This document shows positions 21,441 to 31,271 of a stretch of DNA of 64,000 nucleotides, piece after piece. The notes under the pieces are model-generated. The model saw only the letters and a list, made by a program, of their open reading frames with translations, was not told the origin of the DNA and made no database searches. How positions within the stretch are numbered: the first letter of the stretch is position 1; each line of letters begins with the position of its first letter. The DNA comes from a virus: IMG/VR virus record IMGVR_UViG_3300025413_000010; one strand, given 5' to 3'. The position numbers and the translations under genes were made by a program.

Positions 21441-22631
21441 TTAGGTGTTTACACCTCCGCTTACAAAGGTTCTAAGATCACTGAGAGCATTTACCAATCC
21501 TTTTTCAGATTGCGCAAAATTAGTTCCAGAAGTTGCTCCATATGCTTCAGCAGTAAAGTATTCAATTTCTTGAAGAGACATACTTAATTGAATAGCAAAA
21601 GGACTAGCATCTTTGTAGAATGCAGGAGAACCTAGCGGAGAATAGTTCACAGTAAATCTATTACACACACAAAGTTTAAATTTGTACAGAGGTTTTCCAT
21701 TTGTGATAATTTGTGGTTGTATCATAAAAGGATAATCTAGCAGATTTGCCACTTGACTACTATCAGCTGTTGGTAGAGTTTTCTTTCTAATTTCATTGAT
21801 AATAGTAGCTAATTGAGCACCTTCAGCTTGATTAGAAGGAACAAATGTCCAGTTAAAGCTATGTTCTCTGAGAGAAATTCCCTGAAAGAAAACTGACGGA
21901 TGTGGATTGGGTACTACTCCAGTAAACTGACCTAACGTACCTGCAGCACCGTCATCTAAACTATTAAGAGTAGCTGCACCGAAAGCATATATGTCTGCTG
22001 TTGCCTTCTGACCACCATTCGTTTTATCACCATAAAAACGTTTATATGTTTGTTTTATGTTGCCTTTATCCTTAATTGTCTGGGCAATCTGCTCAGCAAG
22101 AATACCTTCTGCACCAAGCTCCTTTGTTGTATAGTTTATAGACTGGCCTTCTACCAACTCATTCGGAATAGGAAGAATGATAGTTGACGCAACATCAAAC
22201 TTCGTAGGAGATAGCGGAGAAGGTCTTGAGTATTTTGAAAAAGCCAGCTGGAAGAAGTATTTGTCAGGCAAATCAAGAGGATATCTAAGAACTTTACTTC
22301 CTGCAGTATCGCTTTTAGAATTTTCAACGGCAGATTGCGGCGCGATAGAACTCAGATAAGTTTCTGTGTCTGGGAGATTTCTTAAAGAAGAAATGGCATC
22401 AAGAGAAGCTCTAGCAGCAGAACCTGAGAAAAATTGCTGATCGCCGCCAGCAGTTAAGTTATCGACTTGAGATGCCCCTTGACTAGTCATAGTGCTAGTA
22501 GATGCTCCCGCAGAAGCGAAGCCACCAAATAACCCATTCAACACCGAAGTAATCCCGCTACTAACTCCAGTAGCTATTTGCCCAATAGGTGTTTTATTTG
22601 TGATAAAATTTAATGGGTCTATGGCCATCAA
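21441..22631 (-). CDS. gp48: Baseplate tail-tube cap gp48
   Basis: LRYPLDL, IILPIP, NPH...FQG..LREHSFNWTFVP.N..E, VNYSP.G, LQEIE. Confidence 0.8.
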   Translation of the reverse strand: MMAIDPLNFITNKTPIGQIATGVSSGITSVLNGLFGGFASAGASTSTMTSQGASQVDNLTAGGDQQFFSGSAARASLDAISSLRNLPDTETYLSSIAPQSAVENSKSDTAGSKVLRYPLDLPDKYFFQLAFSKYSRPSPLSPTKFDVASTIILPIPNELVEGQSINYTTKELGAEGILAEQIAQTIKDKGNIKQTYKRFYGDKTNGGQKATADIYAFGAATLNSLDDGAAGTLGQFTGVVPNPHPSVFFQGISLREHSFNWTFVPSNQAEGAQLATIINEIRKKTLPTADSSQVANLLDYPFMIQPQIITNGKPLYKFKLCVCNRFTVNYSPLGSPAFYKDASPFAIQLSMSLQEIEYFTAEAYGATSGTNFAQSEKGLVNALSDLRTFVSGGVNT

Positions 22632-22638
22632 AAATCCT

Positions 22639-22646
22639 TATAAATA
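22639..22646 (+). promoter_or_regulatory. T4-type late promoter TATAAATA (gp4 operon)
   Basis: Exact TATAAATA upstream of gp4. Confidence 0.7.
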
Positions 22647-22666
22647 TCGTATAATCGTCGGTATCT

Positions 22667-22674
22667 TATTTATA
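22667..22674 (-). promoter_or_regulatory. T4-type late promoter TATAAATA (gp48 operon)
   Basis: TATTTATA on + strand upstream of gp48. Confidence 0.7.
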
Positions 22675-22688
22675 TCAAAGATCTAAGG

Positions 22689-23144
22689 ATGTGTATGGCA
22701 ACGACTTACAAAGGAAGATTTACGCCGAAGAATATTGAAAAATACAAAGGCGATCCTACGAATATCGTGTATAGAAGTCTTTGGGAAGTCAAATTTATGC
22801 AATTCTTAGACGCTAATCCTGATATAATTGCTTGGGCTTCTGAAGAATTCTCGTTGGTATATTTAAGTCCTGTTGATGGAAGGCTGCATAAGTATTTCCC
22901 TGATTTTTGGATAAGAAAAATAAACAAAGAAACAGGCAGAGAAGAATGTGCAGTTATTGAAATTAAGCCAAAGAAACAAACAAAACCGCCTGTGATGCCA
23001 AAAAGAATTGGTCGCAGATACATTAATGAAGTACAAACGTATGCTGTAAATCAAGCCAAGTTTGAAGCGGCAGATAAATTTTGTAGCGAAAGAAACTGGA
23101 AATTTATGGTGTTAACCGAAGACGAGTTAGGAATCAAATACTAA
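22689..23144 (+). CDS. gp4: Head completion nuclease gp4
   Basis: YKGRF.PKN..KYKGDP..IVYRS.WE, W.SEE, YFPDF, EIKP..QT, N.AK. Confidence 0.93.
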   Translation: MCMATTYKGRFTPKNIEKYKGDPTNIVYRSLWEVKFMQFLDANPDIIAWASEEFSLVYLSPVDGRLHKYFPDFWIRKINKETGREECAVIEIKPKKQTKPPVMPKRIGRRYINEVQTYAVNQAKFEAADKFCSERNWKFMVLTEDELGIKY

Positions 23145-23740
23145 TGTCTGTACCTCATTTTGACTTTATCCTTGCGCAAGGATTAAGAAAAGGTCATATC
23201 CCAAACAAAACCAAAGCTGCTAGAGATTGGTACAGAGAACGCGCAGCCAAAGTTCCTCGTGTAAGCGAACAAAATTTAATCAGAGGTAAAGTTGACGATT
23301 GGACCAAAAAGCCTCTCATCGGCAACATGTACATGTTTAAATATGATCCAAAATTAAAGAATGAACTGCCATATTATGATGTGTTTCCACTAATCTTTCC
23401 TATTGGGCCAGCAGATGGTGGGTTTCTTGGGTTAAATATGCACTATCTTCCTCTAAACTATAGAGCCAAACTTATGGATGCTCTATATCAGACGACGAAC
23501 AACAAAACGTTTGACGAGACAACTAAACTAAAAATAAATTACAGTATACTGAAAAAAGCAACAGTAATGAACTACTATAAGCCATGTATCAAACATTATT
23601 TGTTTGGTCATGTAAGATCTAATTTTATCTACATGAAGCCTGAAGAATGGGATATTGCTTTATTCTTACCAACCGCAAGATTCATGAAGGCCACAGAAAA
23701 ACAAGTCTGGGCTGACAGCAGAAAACTCATAAGAGGATAA
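23144..23740 (+). CDS. gp2: DNA end protector gp2
   Basis: YDPK.K..LPYYD.FPL, GLNMHYLP, PCIKHYL, LPTARF, VWADS. Confidence 0.93.
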   Translation: MSVPHFDFILAQGLRKGHIPNKTKAARDWYRERAAKVPRVSEQNLIRGKVDDWTKKPLIGNMYMFKYDPKLKNELPYYDVFPLIFPIGPADGGFLGLNMHYLPLNYRAKLMDALYQTTNNKTFDETTKLKINYSILKKATVMNYYKPCIKHYLFGHVRSNFIYMKPEEWDIALFLPTARFMKATEKQVWADSRKLIRG

Positions 23741-23741
23741 A

Positions 23742-24644
23742 ATGGCAGACACTCCTTCTACTTTACTAACAATACCTCCAGGTCAAATTACCACACAAAA
23801 TGGATTTGACATAAATGGGTTTTATTCAACTGTCAGCGGATATTCTGGTGTTCTTAAGAATAACCTGTTTTTGACTACATTTAGAATACCAACTGGAACA
23901 TTATCTGCTGCGATACCAACAGATCCTAATAATGTAAAACTATTATCTTATTATATTCAAGCAACAGAACTTCCTGGAGTTGCTATGGCGTCAGCAGATG
24001 CTGTAAGAAGATATGGATATGGACCAACAGAAAAGTATGCGTTTTTGCCTGTGTTCAATGACATAACATTGAATTTTATCGTTGATGGATCGGGGTATAA
24101 TAAGAGATTTTTTGACTCTTGGTTAAATCTTGTTGTAAACTTTGACAGTAGTCGTGGATTTAATAACAAAGCGGAAAATGGCGCTTCTGTATATGAAATT
24201 GAATATAAAGACAATTACATAACTGAACTTGACATATTTGTCTACAATGAGTTAAATCAGACTATTTTGGTATACACACTACTTGACGCTTTCCCAATAG
24301 CAACAGCAGGAACTCCAGTTAATTGGGGATCGCAAAACGAATTAATGTCTCTTGGTGTAACCTTTACTTACAGAGACTGGTTTGTAAATGAAACAAAAAT
24401 GGATAGAGATGCCGCGCTGTATCAGGCCAACAAATCTTTAAATGAACAACTGAACAAACAAATATCACAAATAAATAATTTTAACCCAATAGCACAATTG
24501 TCTACACCGCCTACCACTGAGCAAATAAAGAGTTTGCTTAATAATAATTTTTCATCACCACCAAGTGGCGGACAGTTTAATTTATTAAACAGCCAAACAT
24601 TTGATGGTATAGTTTCTTTACCTGAACTTCCATTTACCACATAA
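23742..24644 (+). CDS. gp54: Baseplate tail-tube initiator gp54 / tail-tube-like protein
   Basis: ELPG, RRYGYGP, FFDSW, YKDNY, AFPI, VTFTYRDW; synteny. Confidence 0.65.
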   Translation: MADTPSTLLTIPPGQITTQNGFDINGFYSTVSGYSGVLKNNLFLTTFRIPTGTLSAAIPTDPNNVKLLSYYIQATELPGVAMASADAVRRYGYGPTEKYAFLPVFNDITLNFIVDGSGYNKRFFDSWLNLVVNFDSSRGFNNKAENGASVYEIEYKDNYITELDIFVYNELNQTILVYTLLDAFPIATAGTPVNWGSQNELMSLGVTFTYRDWFVNETKMDRDAALYQANKSLNEQLNKQISQINNFNPIAQLSTPPTTEQIKSLLNNNFSSPPSGGQFNLLNSQTFDGIVSLPELPFTT

Positions 24645-24662
24645 TATATCAGGAGATTTGAT

Positions 24663-25364
24663 ATGGCTTTACCAAAAATATCGTTACCCACCTTTGATTT
24701 GACTATTCCTTCAACAAAAGAAGAAGTTAAAGCAAGACCTTTCCTTGTTAAAGAGGAAAAGATTCTTCTCATGGCCCAGCAGTCGGGAGAAGAAAAAGAT
24801 GTTATCAACGCAGTAAATCAAGTAATTCATAATTGCATTGTTACAGAAGGCGTTGATGTTACTAAATTCTCAACTTTTGATGTAGAATACGTTTTCTTAA
24901 AATTGAGATCTAAATCAGTGAATAATATTGTTGAACTTAGCTATAGAGACAATGAAGACGATAAAGTTTACGATTTTAAAGTGAATTTAGACGAAATCGA
25001 AGTAAAATTTGACCCAAATAACAATACTAAAATTGAAATCAATGATACTACTGGATTGGTAATGAAATATCCCAATTCATTTACATCACAAAAAGTTGCT
25101 AAATCTGATAATCCGGAATTTAAGCTAATTCAACTGTGCGTTGATAAGATTTATGACGCTGATAACGTGTATAGCTCTACAGACGTAACTGAAAAAGAAC
25201 TTGAAGAGTTCCTCGACAATCTTGACATGAAAACTTTTACGAAAATTAAAGAGTTTTTTGAAACGATGCCAAAATTGTATCACAAAATTGAATACAAGAA
25301 TTCTCTAGATCACGATAGATCAATTGAACTCACCTCGTTACAAGATTTTTTTACGTTGGGATGA
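24663..25364 (+). CDS. gp26: Baseplate hub assembly protein gp26
   Basis: MALPKI..P, RPFLVKEEKILLMA, FDVEYVFLKLRSKSV, FFETMPKL, LQDFF. Confidence 0.9.
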   Translation: MALPKISLPTFDLTIPSTKEEVKARPFLVKEEKILLMAQQSGEEKDVINAVNQVIHNCIVTEGVDVTKFSTFDVEYVFLKLRSKSVNNIVELSYRDNEDDKVYDFKVNLDEIEVKFDPNNNTKIEINDTTGLVMKYPNSFTSQKVAKSDNPEFKLIQLCVDKIYDADNVYSSTDVTEKELEEFLDNLDMKTFTKIKEFFETMPKLYHKIEYKNSLDHDRSIELTSLQDFFTLG

Positions 25365-25519
25365 GCCATAATACGTTAGCTAACTACTATAACGTAATCT
25401 TTGGTTTAGTCCAACACCATAAATACTCTATTACTGACATTGAAAATCTTTTTCCCTATGAAAGAGACTTATATCTTGATATGTTAACATCTTTCATAGA
25501 TAATCAAAAAGAAGCATAA
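25361..25519 (+). CDS. gp51: Baseplate hub assembly catalyst gp51-like (52 aa; not in ORF track)
   Basis: MSHNTLANYYNVIFGLVQHHKYSITDIENLFPYERDLYLDML; ATGA overlap with gp26 stop. Confidence 0.85.
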   Translation: MSHNTLANYYNVIFGLVQHHKYSITDIENLFPYERDLYLDMLTSFIDNQKEA

Positions 25520-25522
25520 TAG

Positions 25523-27925
25523 ATGGTAGGATTAATAGCAGGATTGTTTGAAGGTGGGGCGGCGGAAGCTGGTGCAGCTGAAGCCGCCGCATCTGCAGCT
25601 ATGAAAAAAGCTGATACAGGCAAGCCTGAAGACGCAAAAGCTGAGAAAAAAGAAAAGCCTACAGCTACTAGATCTACAGGATTGGGCGAAATTCCTGTGC
25701 CTTCTGACAAATACAATGATTCTCCAAAACCAGTAAGACAAGCCGAAACAGTAGGCAATCAGGCTGAACGCATTAGAGGCAAACAGTTCAATGAACTGAT
25801 AACAGTAAATACGCAAACATTAAACGTATTGAAGAATATGCACAACTTTCAACAAGAAAAGTTGGAAGAAGAAAATGAAGCCAGAAGAATAGCAGAACTA
25901 GAGAAAAAAGGCGGTGGCGGCGACGGAGGAGGCTTCTTTGGAGAAATAGGGGTTGCTGCACAAAAAACAACTGGAATACTGTCAGCCCTAACACCATTCG
26001 CTAGTTTGTTATTGCCTTTAACTAAAGAGTTAGACGATTTTAGGAAATTCTTACAAGGAACTGGAGATAAAACTCCTGAACCCGGAACAAAATCGTTCAC
26101 ACGACATGTTACAGAAAACGTTTCTACAATCAGAACTCTCAGCAAAGCATATGGTGCTGCAGGATCAAAGCAAGCTGCAAATATAGCTGAAAGAATTCCA
26201 AAATTAATAGAAAAAAGAAATGTAGAAAAAATAATAAGAAATTCTCCTAATGTTGTTGCAGGAAATTTCCCTAATCACTTCAGAGGCGGAAAGCCTATAG
26301 AAGCGATAAACCCAAAGGCAACAAACAAGATAACAGGAGCTATTGTAAGAATAATAGAACCTATTGCAGCAAGAGCAACTATAACCGTACTAAAAGCCAT
26401 ATCTTGGGCTGCTAAAAAGATAGCCAATAGCAAATTGCTTAAATTTGCATACTTCATTGATTTTATCATAGCAATATTTCAGTCTGAAGGAAAAATAGAC
26501 AGAAATGTAATAGGTGAGCTCATTAAAGCATTTATTATGTTGCTGTCAGATAAAATAGCTGCTGGATTAATTGGTGCAATATTAGGTTCTGAAGTTCCTC
26601 TTTTTGGCAACATTGCTGGATTTGCTCTTGGGATTATAGCATCTTATGGTATAGAATATTTCGGATCAGTTATTATTGAAAGTGTAGCAACACACTTAGC
26701 GTATATGCTAGTCAAAATAGAAACTCCAGGAACAGCTGCACAGAAAATAGCAGAAGAAGTATCAAAATTCTATAGCGATAAATTTAAAGGATGGTTTGGA
26801 GGAAATCAAGACACCAAACAAGCAACTCCAACAGCAAAGCCAGCTGCAGGAGGAACCACAACAACAGCACTTCCACCTTTACCTTCAGCATCGCCAAATC
26901 CTCCAACAAATGGAGGTACTGGAAGAGCTGGAAAGCCAGGAGCATCTCCAAAGGGAGAAGAGCTGAAAGGCGATTCTTCAGTTTTCGGTACAGTAATAGC
27001 AAGCGAAACAAGAATGTTAGCAACTATGTTTCCTACAGCCACAGTAGCTGCGCTTGGAGCAGCATATATGAATGATGCTCTACACCCATCAACAAAGATT
27101 AAAGATAGACGTGATGCCAACCCAACAAACAACAATATAGATCCAAAATCTGTATTAGAATTTGGTAGAGGAGATGCGGATGAAGCACACTTCAACCAAA
27201 TGAAGCCTGAAATGAAAAAAGCTGTTCTTGATGCAGCTAAAGAATATATGACAAAATATAACAAAAAACTTAAAGTAAACAGTTCAGTTAGAAGTGATGC
27301 AGAGCAAAAAGTATTATATGATAGATCTGTGGCCCAGGGACATCCAGGTATATTAGATTGGCCGAGTGGAAAGAGAACTCCTGTTGCACAAGTAGGAAGT
27401 AGTACACACAAACAAGGTTATGCTATAGACATACACAATGGACAAGACCCAAGAATTGTTGAAATTCTACAAAAGTACAATCTTGTTCATGCATCAAATG
27501 ATGATCCACACTACACATTAAAAGGTCACGAAAGCCATGGCGGCGGCGGATCAGGTGGCGGTTATGGTGGGTCTCATGGAGGCCATGGACACGCAAAATT
27601 AGGTTCTGGACCATCACCACAAGATTATGCAGCAAGACAGGCAAATCCTGGGTATATTTACGGACAGTCGGAACAAAAATCAGCTGAGCCTGTAGCAACA
27701 GAACCAAAAAGAACAGTCAAAACAGGCAAAAGAGCGAAAAAGGCCAAAGCAAACGACAACACAGTATCAAACTATATGGATAAACAATCAAATCCTGGAT
27801 ATATCTACGGACAATCTACTTCAGGATTTCCAGGACAAGGTGATGTTCCTGATCCTGAAGCGAATAGAGGATCTATTGATGATAAACTCTATTTCCATTC
27901 GCATTCGCACAGAAACTACGGATAA
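25523..27925 (+). CDS. Tape-measure/hub-like protein with C-terminal M15-type (D-Ala-D-Ala) peptidase domain
   Basis: 800 aa, helical/hydrophobic N-part; SSVRS..EQ..LY, SxHxxGxAxD (STHKQGYAID), DPHY. Confidence 0.65.
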   Translation: MVGLIAGLFEGGAAEAGAAEAAASAAMKKADTGKPEDAKAEKKEKPTATRSTGLGEIPVPSDKYNDSPKPVRQAETVGNQAERIRGKQFNELITVNTQTLNVLKNMHNFQQEKLEEENEARRIAELEKKGGGGDGGGFFGEIGVAAQKTTGILSALTPFASLLLPLTKELDDFRKFLQGTGDKTPEPGTKSFTRHVTENVSTIRTLSKAYGAAGSKQAANIAERIPKLIEKRNVEKIIRNSPNVVAGNFPNHFRGGKPIEAINPKATNKITGAIVRIIEPIAARATITVLKAISWAAKKIANSKLLKFAYFIDFIIAIFQSEGKIDRNVIGELIKAFIMLLSDKIAAGLIGAILGSEVPLFGNIAGFALGIIASYGIEYFGSVIIESVATHLAYMLVKIETPGTAAQKIAEEVSKFYSDKFKGWFGGNQDTKQATPTAKPAAGGTTTTALPPLPSASPNPPTNGGTGRAGKPGASPKGEELKGDSSVFGTVIASETRMLATMFPTATVAALGAAYMNDALHPSTKIKDRRDANPTNNNIDPKSVLEFGRGDADEAHFNQMKPEMKKAVLDAAKEYMTKYNKKLKVNSSVRSDAEQKVLYDRSVAQGHPGILDWPSGKRTPVAQVGSSTHKQGYAIDIHNGQDPRIVEILQKYNLVHASNDDPHYTLKGHESHGGGGSGGGYGGSHGGHGHAKLGSGPSPQDYAARQANPGYIYGQSEQKSAEPVATEPKRTVKTGKRAKKAKANDNTVSNYMDKQSNPGYIYGQSTSGFPGQGDVPDPEANRGSIDDKLYFHSHSHRNYG

Positions 27926-27928
27926 AAT

Positions 27929-29431
27929 ATGGCTGCTTCTATAAACTCAACGAGAATTTATCCTACAGGAAGCGGAGATGCAACTCCAGTAAGATCGTCT
28001 GGTGAATCAGAAAAATCATTCGTACAGCAAATTACTGAAATAATAAGAATCAGCACAGAATCATTCAAATCTTTAAAAAAGGTTCATGATGCTGAGAAAA
28101 TATCATTAGAAAAACAAAATGCAGCTGCTCGTATTGAAAGATTAGAAGCTAAAGAAGAAGCCGTAGCCGAACACGCTAAACCAATAGAAAAGCCCAGCCT
28201 TCTTGTTACAATATTGTTTATTTTGGGAATTGTGTTATCACCGTTGCTAAAATTTATCAAAAACTTGAAAGAAACGATAGAGACATTCATAGTATCAATA
28301 AAGAATATAATAACAGGACTAGTACAAAAAGTTTCTGATATGGCAGATCTTGTAAACCATATAGGAGCATTAGTATTAGGGTTTGTTGAAGGTAAAAATT
28401 CTTTTGCAGATATAGAAGGTGCACTAAGTCAATCTGATGGATTTTTAGATAACAAACATAAAGAACAAAAAGCAGCTGAGGATGCAGCAAAAACAAACGA
28501 TAGCGCTCCTATACCTGCAGCTAAATCTAACAGTACAAACAGCAATACAAATCAAGCAACACGTATAGCCAAAGATGCAACAAAGGGTTATGTAAAACCT
28601 AAAAGCACTTCTTGGTGGGATTATTTGTTTGGAACTTCAAATGCAACAAATAATGAAGAAAATAATACAAATTCAAGTGGAGCTATAGATAATAAAAAGT
28701 TTGATATTAACAAATATATGGAACTTGTTGCTATACACGAGTCTGGAAACAACTGGAATAGCAAACCAGATTTTGGATTTGTGGGTCGATATGCGTTAGG
28801 TTCTCAGGCATTAGAAGATGCTGGATATCTTAAAAAAGGAGCTTCCAAAGGAAGAACTAAAGGAAGAAATGCAGCAATATATGATCCTAGTGCTTGGGTA
28901 AACGGATGGGATGTTGATAAATTTTTAAGTTCACATGAAGCGCAAAATGATGCGTATAAGAAAATTACTACAGAAAATTATAATCGCCTAAAAGCTAGAG
29001 GCATCATAACTGACAGTATGTCTGGTGCAAAAGTAGCATCAATATTGTTTGGAGCTGCAGAAGGCGGTCTTGGTGGAGCAACAAAATATTTTAAACAGGG
29101 CAGAGACACTTATGATTTCTATTTCGGATCAAAAGCCTCTGTAGGTAAATCTGCAACATGGATGGAAAACAAATATGAAAAGGGCGATCCAGTAGATCCA
29201 AAAAGATTTGCGCATACTATAGAACCTGCTCCACAATCTTCATTTGTTTTAGAAGAAGAGGAAAATTATGAAATTGAAGAAAGATCTTCTCCTGCTCCGT
29301 ACAAAGGGTATCAAAGAATGCTTGGAAATACAGCAGATAAACCATCAAGATCTTCTCCTTTTCCAAAAGGATCAGCGCCAAATAGTAATAACTCAGAGCA
29401 GTATCTTTGGTATTTTGGCGTAACGGCATAA
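27929..29431 (+). CDS. Virion protein with TM segment and lysozyme-like domain
   Basis: 500 aa; HESGNN...GFVGRYALG...AL.D.GY, FL.S..AQ.DA. Confidence 0.55.
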   Translation: MAASINSTRIYPTGSGDATPVRSSGESEKSFVQQITEIIRISTESFKSLKKVHDAEKISLEKQNAAARIERLEAKEEAVAEHAKPIEKPSLLVTILFILGIVLSPLLKFIKNLKETIETFIVSIKNIITGLVQKVSDMADLVNHIGALVLGFVEGKNSFADIEGALSQSDGFLDNKHKEQKAAEDAAKTNDSAPIPAAKSNSTNSNTNQATRIAKDATKGYVKPKSTSWWDYLFGTSNATNNEENNTNSSGAIDNKKFDINKYMELVAIHESGNNWNSKPDFGFVGRYALGSQALEDAGYLKKGASKGRTKGRNAAIYDPSAWVNGWDVDKFLSSHEAQNDAYKKITTENYNRLKARGIITDSMSGAKVASILFGAAEGGLGGATKYFKQGRDTYDFYFGSKASVGKSATWMENKYEKGDPVDPKRFAHTIEPAPQSSFVLEEEENYEIEERSSPAPYKGYQRMLGNTADKPSRSSPFPKGSAPNSNNSEQYLWYFGVTA

Positions 29432-29458
29432 AAAAAGGGGGGAATTTCTTCCCCCCTC
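29429..29458. terminator. Rho-independent terminator between convergent genes
   Basis: A-tract + GGGGGGAA-TTTC-TTCCCCCC hairpin; U-tail on minus strand after gp32. Confidence 0.75.
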
Positions 29459-29462
29459 ATCA

Positions 29463-30374
29463 TCAATCTTCTTCTTCAGCGATTCGCTTAAAGAACGATA
29501 GATCTTCATCATCCTCATCAGTGTTCCAAAGAGTTGCATCCTCTTCAGCTTCATGAGCTGCAGGCTTTGCGCGAGCAGCAGGAGCAGAAGCAACTGGACC
29601 AGCGTCAGTATTACCACGCGAGTCAATACCAAGAACTTGATGGAGACGACGCTTCAGTTCGTCATAGCTCTTGAATGTCGAAGGATCAATGATTTCCTGC
29701 AATGAGTACTCAGACTTCCAGATCTTTTCAAGTTCCGAGTCCTTGTCAAGAAGAGGAGCGATATCATCAAACTCCGACTTATCGTAGTTACGATAACCGT
29801 CGACCTTACGGATCTTGAGCTTGAAGTTAGCGCCTTCCCAGAGATCAAAAGGATTCATAGGAGTTTCATCTTCGAACTGAGGATGCATAGCTGCATTCAG
29901 CTTTTCGAAAATCTTCTTACCGTACTTGAACAGGAAAACCTTACCGTCGTTTTCGGGATTAGCTGGATCTTTAACAACATAGATGTTAGAGATATAACCT
30001 AGACGGCGCTTCTGGTCGCGAGCTTGCTTACGTTCAGGCGACTTATCGTCGTCCGAAGCGTTCCAAAGCTGGCTGTTGAATTCAGCGCAAGGATCTTTCT
30101 GATTGATAGTTGTCAGAGACTTTTCGATGTACCAACCATTGGGTCCCTTGAAACCATGATCCCAAAGACGGACGAAAGGTACAGTTTCATCGCCAGGCGA
30201 AGGAAGGAAACGGATAATGGCATAACCATTACCAGCCTTATCTACGGTTGGCGACCAATATCGATTATCTTCTGCGTTGTTTTCAGTCTTGTTTGCGAGC
30301 TTATTGATCTCGGCGGTCAGACTTTCAAGCGATGCGAGACCGCTCTTCTTCTTAAGGTTTGCAAATGTTGACAT
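29463..30374 (-). CDS. gp32: Single-stranded DNA-binding protein gp32
   Basis: DKAGNGYAIIRFLP, HGFKGP.GWYIE, FKYGKKIF, PFDLWEGANF, NYDKSEF, acidic tail. Confidence 0.95.
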   Translation of the reverse strand: MSTFANLKKKSGLASLESLTAEINKLANKTENNAEDNRYWSPTVDKAGNGYAIIRFLPSPGDETVPFVRLWDHGFKGPNGWYIEKSLTTINQKDPCAEFNSQLWNASDDDKSPERKQARDQKRRLGYISNIYVVKDPANPENDGKVFLFKYGKKIFEKLNAAMHPQFEDETPMNPFDLWEGANFKLKIRKVDGYRNYDKSEFDDIAPLLDKDSELEKIWKSEYSLQEIIDPSTFKSYDELKRRLHQVLGIDSRGNTDAGPVASAPAARAKPAAHEAEEDATLWNTDEDDEDLSFFKRIAEEED

Positions 30375-30450
30375 ATGTATCTCCTTTGTATGTCGGTGTA
30401 TAACGTTGTATCCACAATATCATAATATATACTATATATGCTCACTGAAA

Positions 30451-31029
30451 TCAAGCAAAAACTTTCAAGATAATTTTTTTCATTTTAAAAATATCATATG
30501 GCACAAAAGGTGCATATTTCTTGCATTTCAGTCGCACTTCTTCCCAAACAAGATCACCATCAAGTTTACTGTCCCAGTAGCGAAAAATCCCACAGGCTTT
30601 GTCTAGGATAATAAGAGTCTCGATATTGATTTTGTTTTGGAGGAACAGCTTTAGCAGTTTAGGGTATTGTCCATCTATAACTTTGATAGAGTCATCAAAA
30701 GATGGTAACAGCTTATCTAAATCTTGTTCGAAAATGTAGCTGATAGATTCATTTCTACGCTTCCATTCAAGATATGTGTCAGTATATTTGGATTCAGCAA
30801 CCAAATCACCAACCCATATATTATACCCGTATTTGACAAAATTAGCAACTATAAAATTGACAGGATCATCTTTTTTTGCTAACTTGTGATACATGTACTT
30901 GTCTTTACGGGTTTCGAAAGAAGTTTTGCTCGCCCGTGTTTTTCCATTGTACAGAAAGTAATCGTATTTCGGTTTAGAAAAATGATTCTTTAAGGCAATG
31001 AAAAGTTTATATGCCTCAACAGCTTCCAT
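30451..31029 (-). CDS. gp59: Helicase loader gp59
   Basis: ALKNHF....YDYF.YNGK, F..RKD, IETL.IL, KY.PF. Confidence 0.9.
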   Translation of the reverse strand: MEAVEAYKLFIALKNHFSKPKYDYFLYNGKTRASKTSFETRKDKYMYHKLAKKDDPVNFIVANFVKYGYNIWVGDLVAESKYTDTYLEWKRRNESISYIFEQDLDKLLPSFDDSIKVIDGQYPKLLKLFLQNKINIETLIILDKACGIFRYWDSKLDGDLVWEEVRLKCKKYAPFVPYDIFKMKKIILKVFA

Positions 31030-31268
31030 TAGATCGGCAGCTTTGATGACTTAGGTAAGAAATTTAAAGATTCTGCTTCTTCTTGAATCTTGCTTCTCAT
31101 AATCGCATTATTCTTAACCATTGACGCCACAGATTCTACTTCGATATTTCTTTTTTCGCAGTAGAAAACTATGGCGTCAAGGTAATCAAGATTATGTTTC
31201 TTCACAAGATCGTCGATTTCCCTCACAAAATCAGTAGAATTCTTAATAAACGGGACGACGTCTTTCAT
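31029..31268 (-). CDS. gp33: Late transcription coactivator gp33
   Basis: YLDAIVFYCE..NIEVES, EAESLNFL.K..KLPI. Confidence 0.9.
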   Translation of the reverse strand: MKDVVPFIKNSTDFVREIDDLVKKHNLDYLDAIVFYCEKRNIEVESVASMVKNNAIMRSKIQEEAESLNFLPKSSKLPI

Positions 31269-31271
31269 ACT

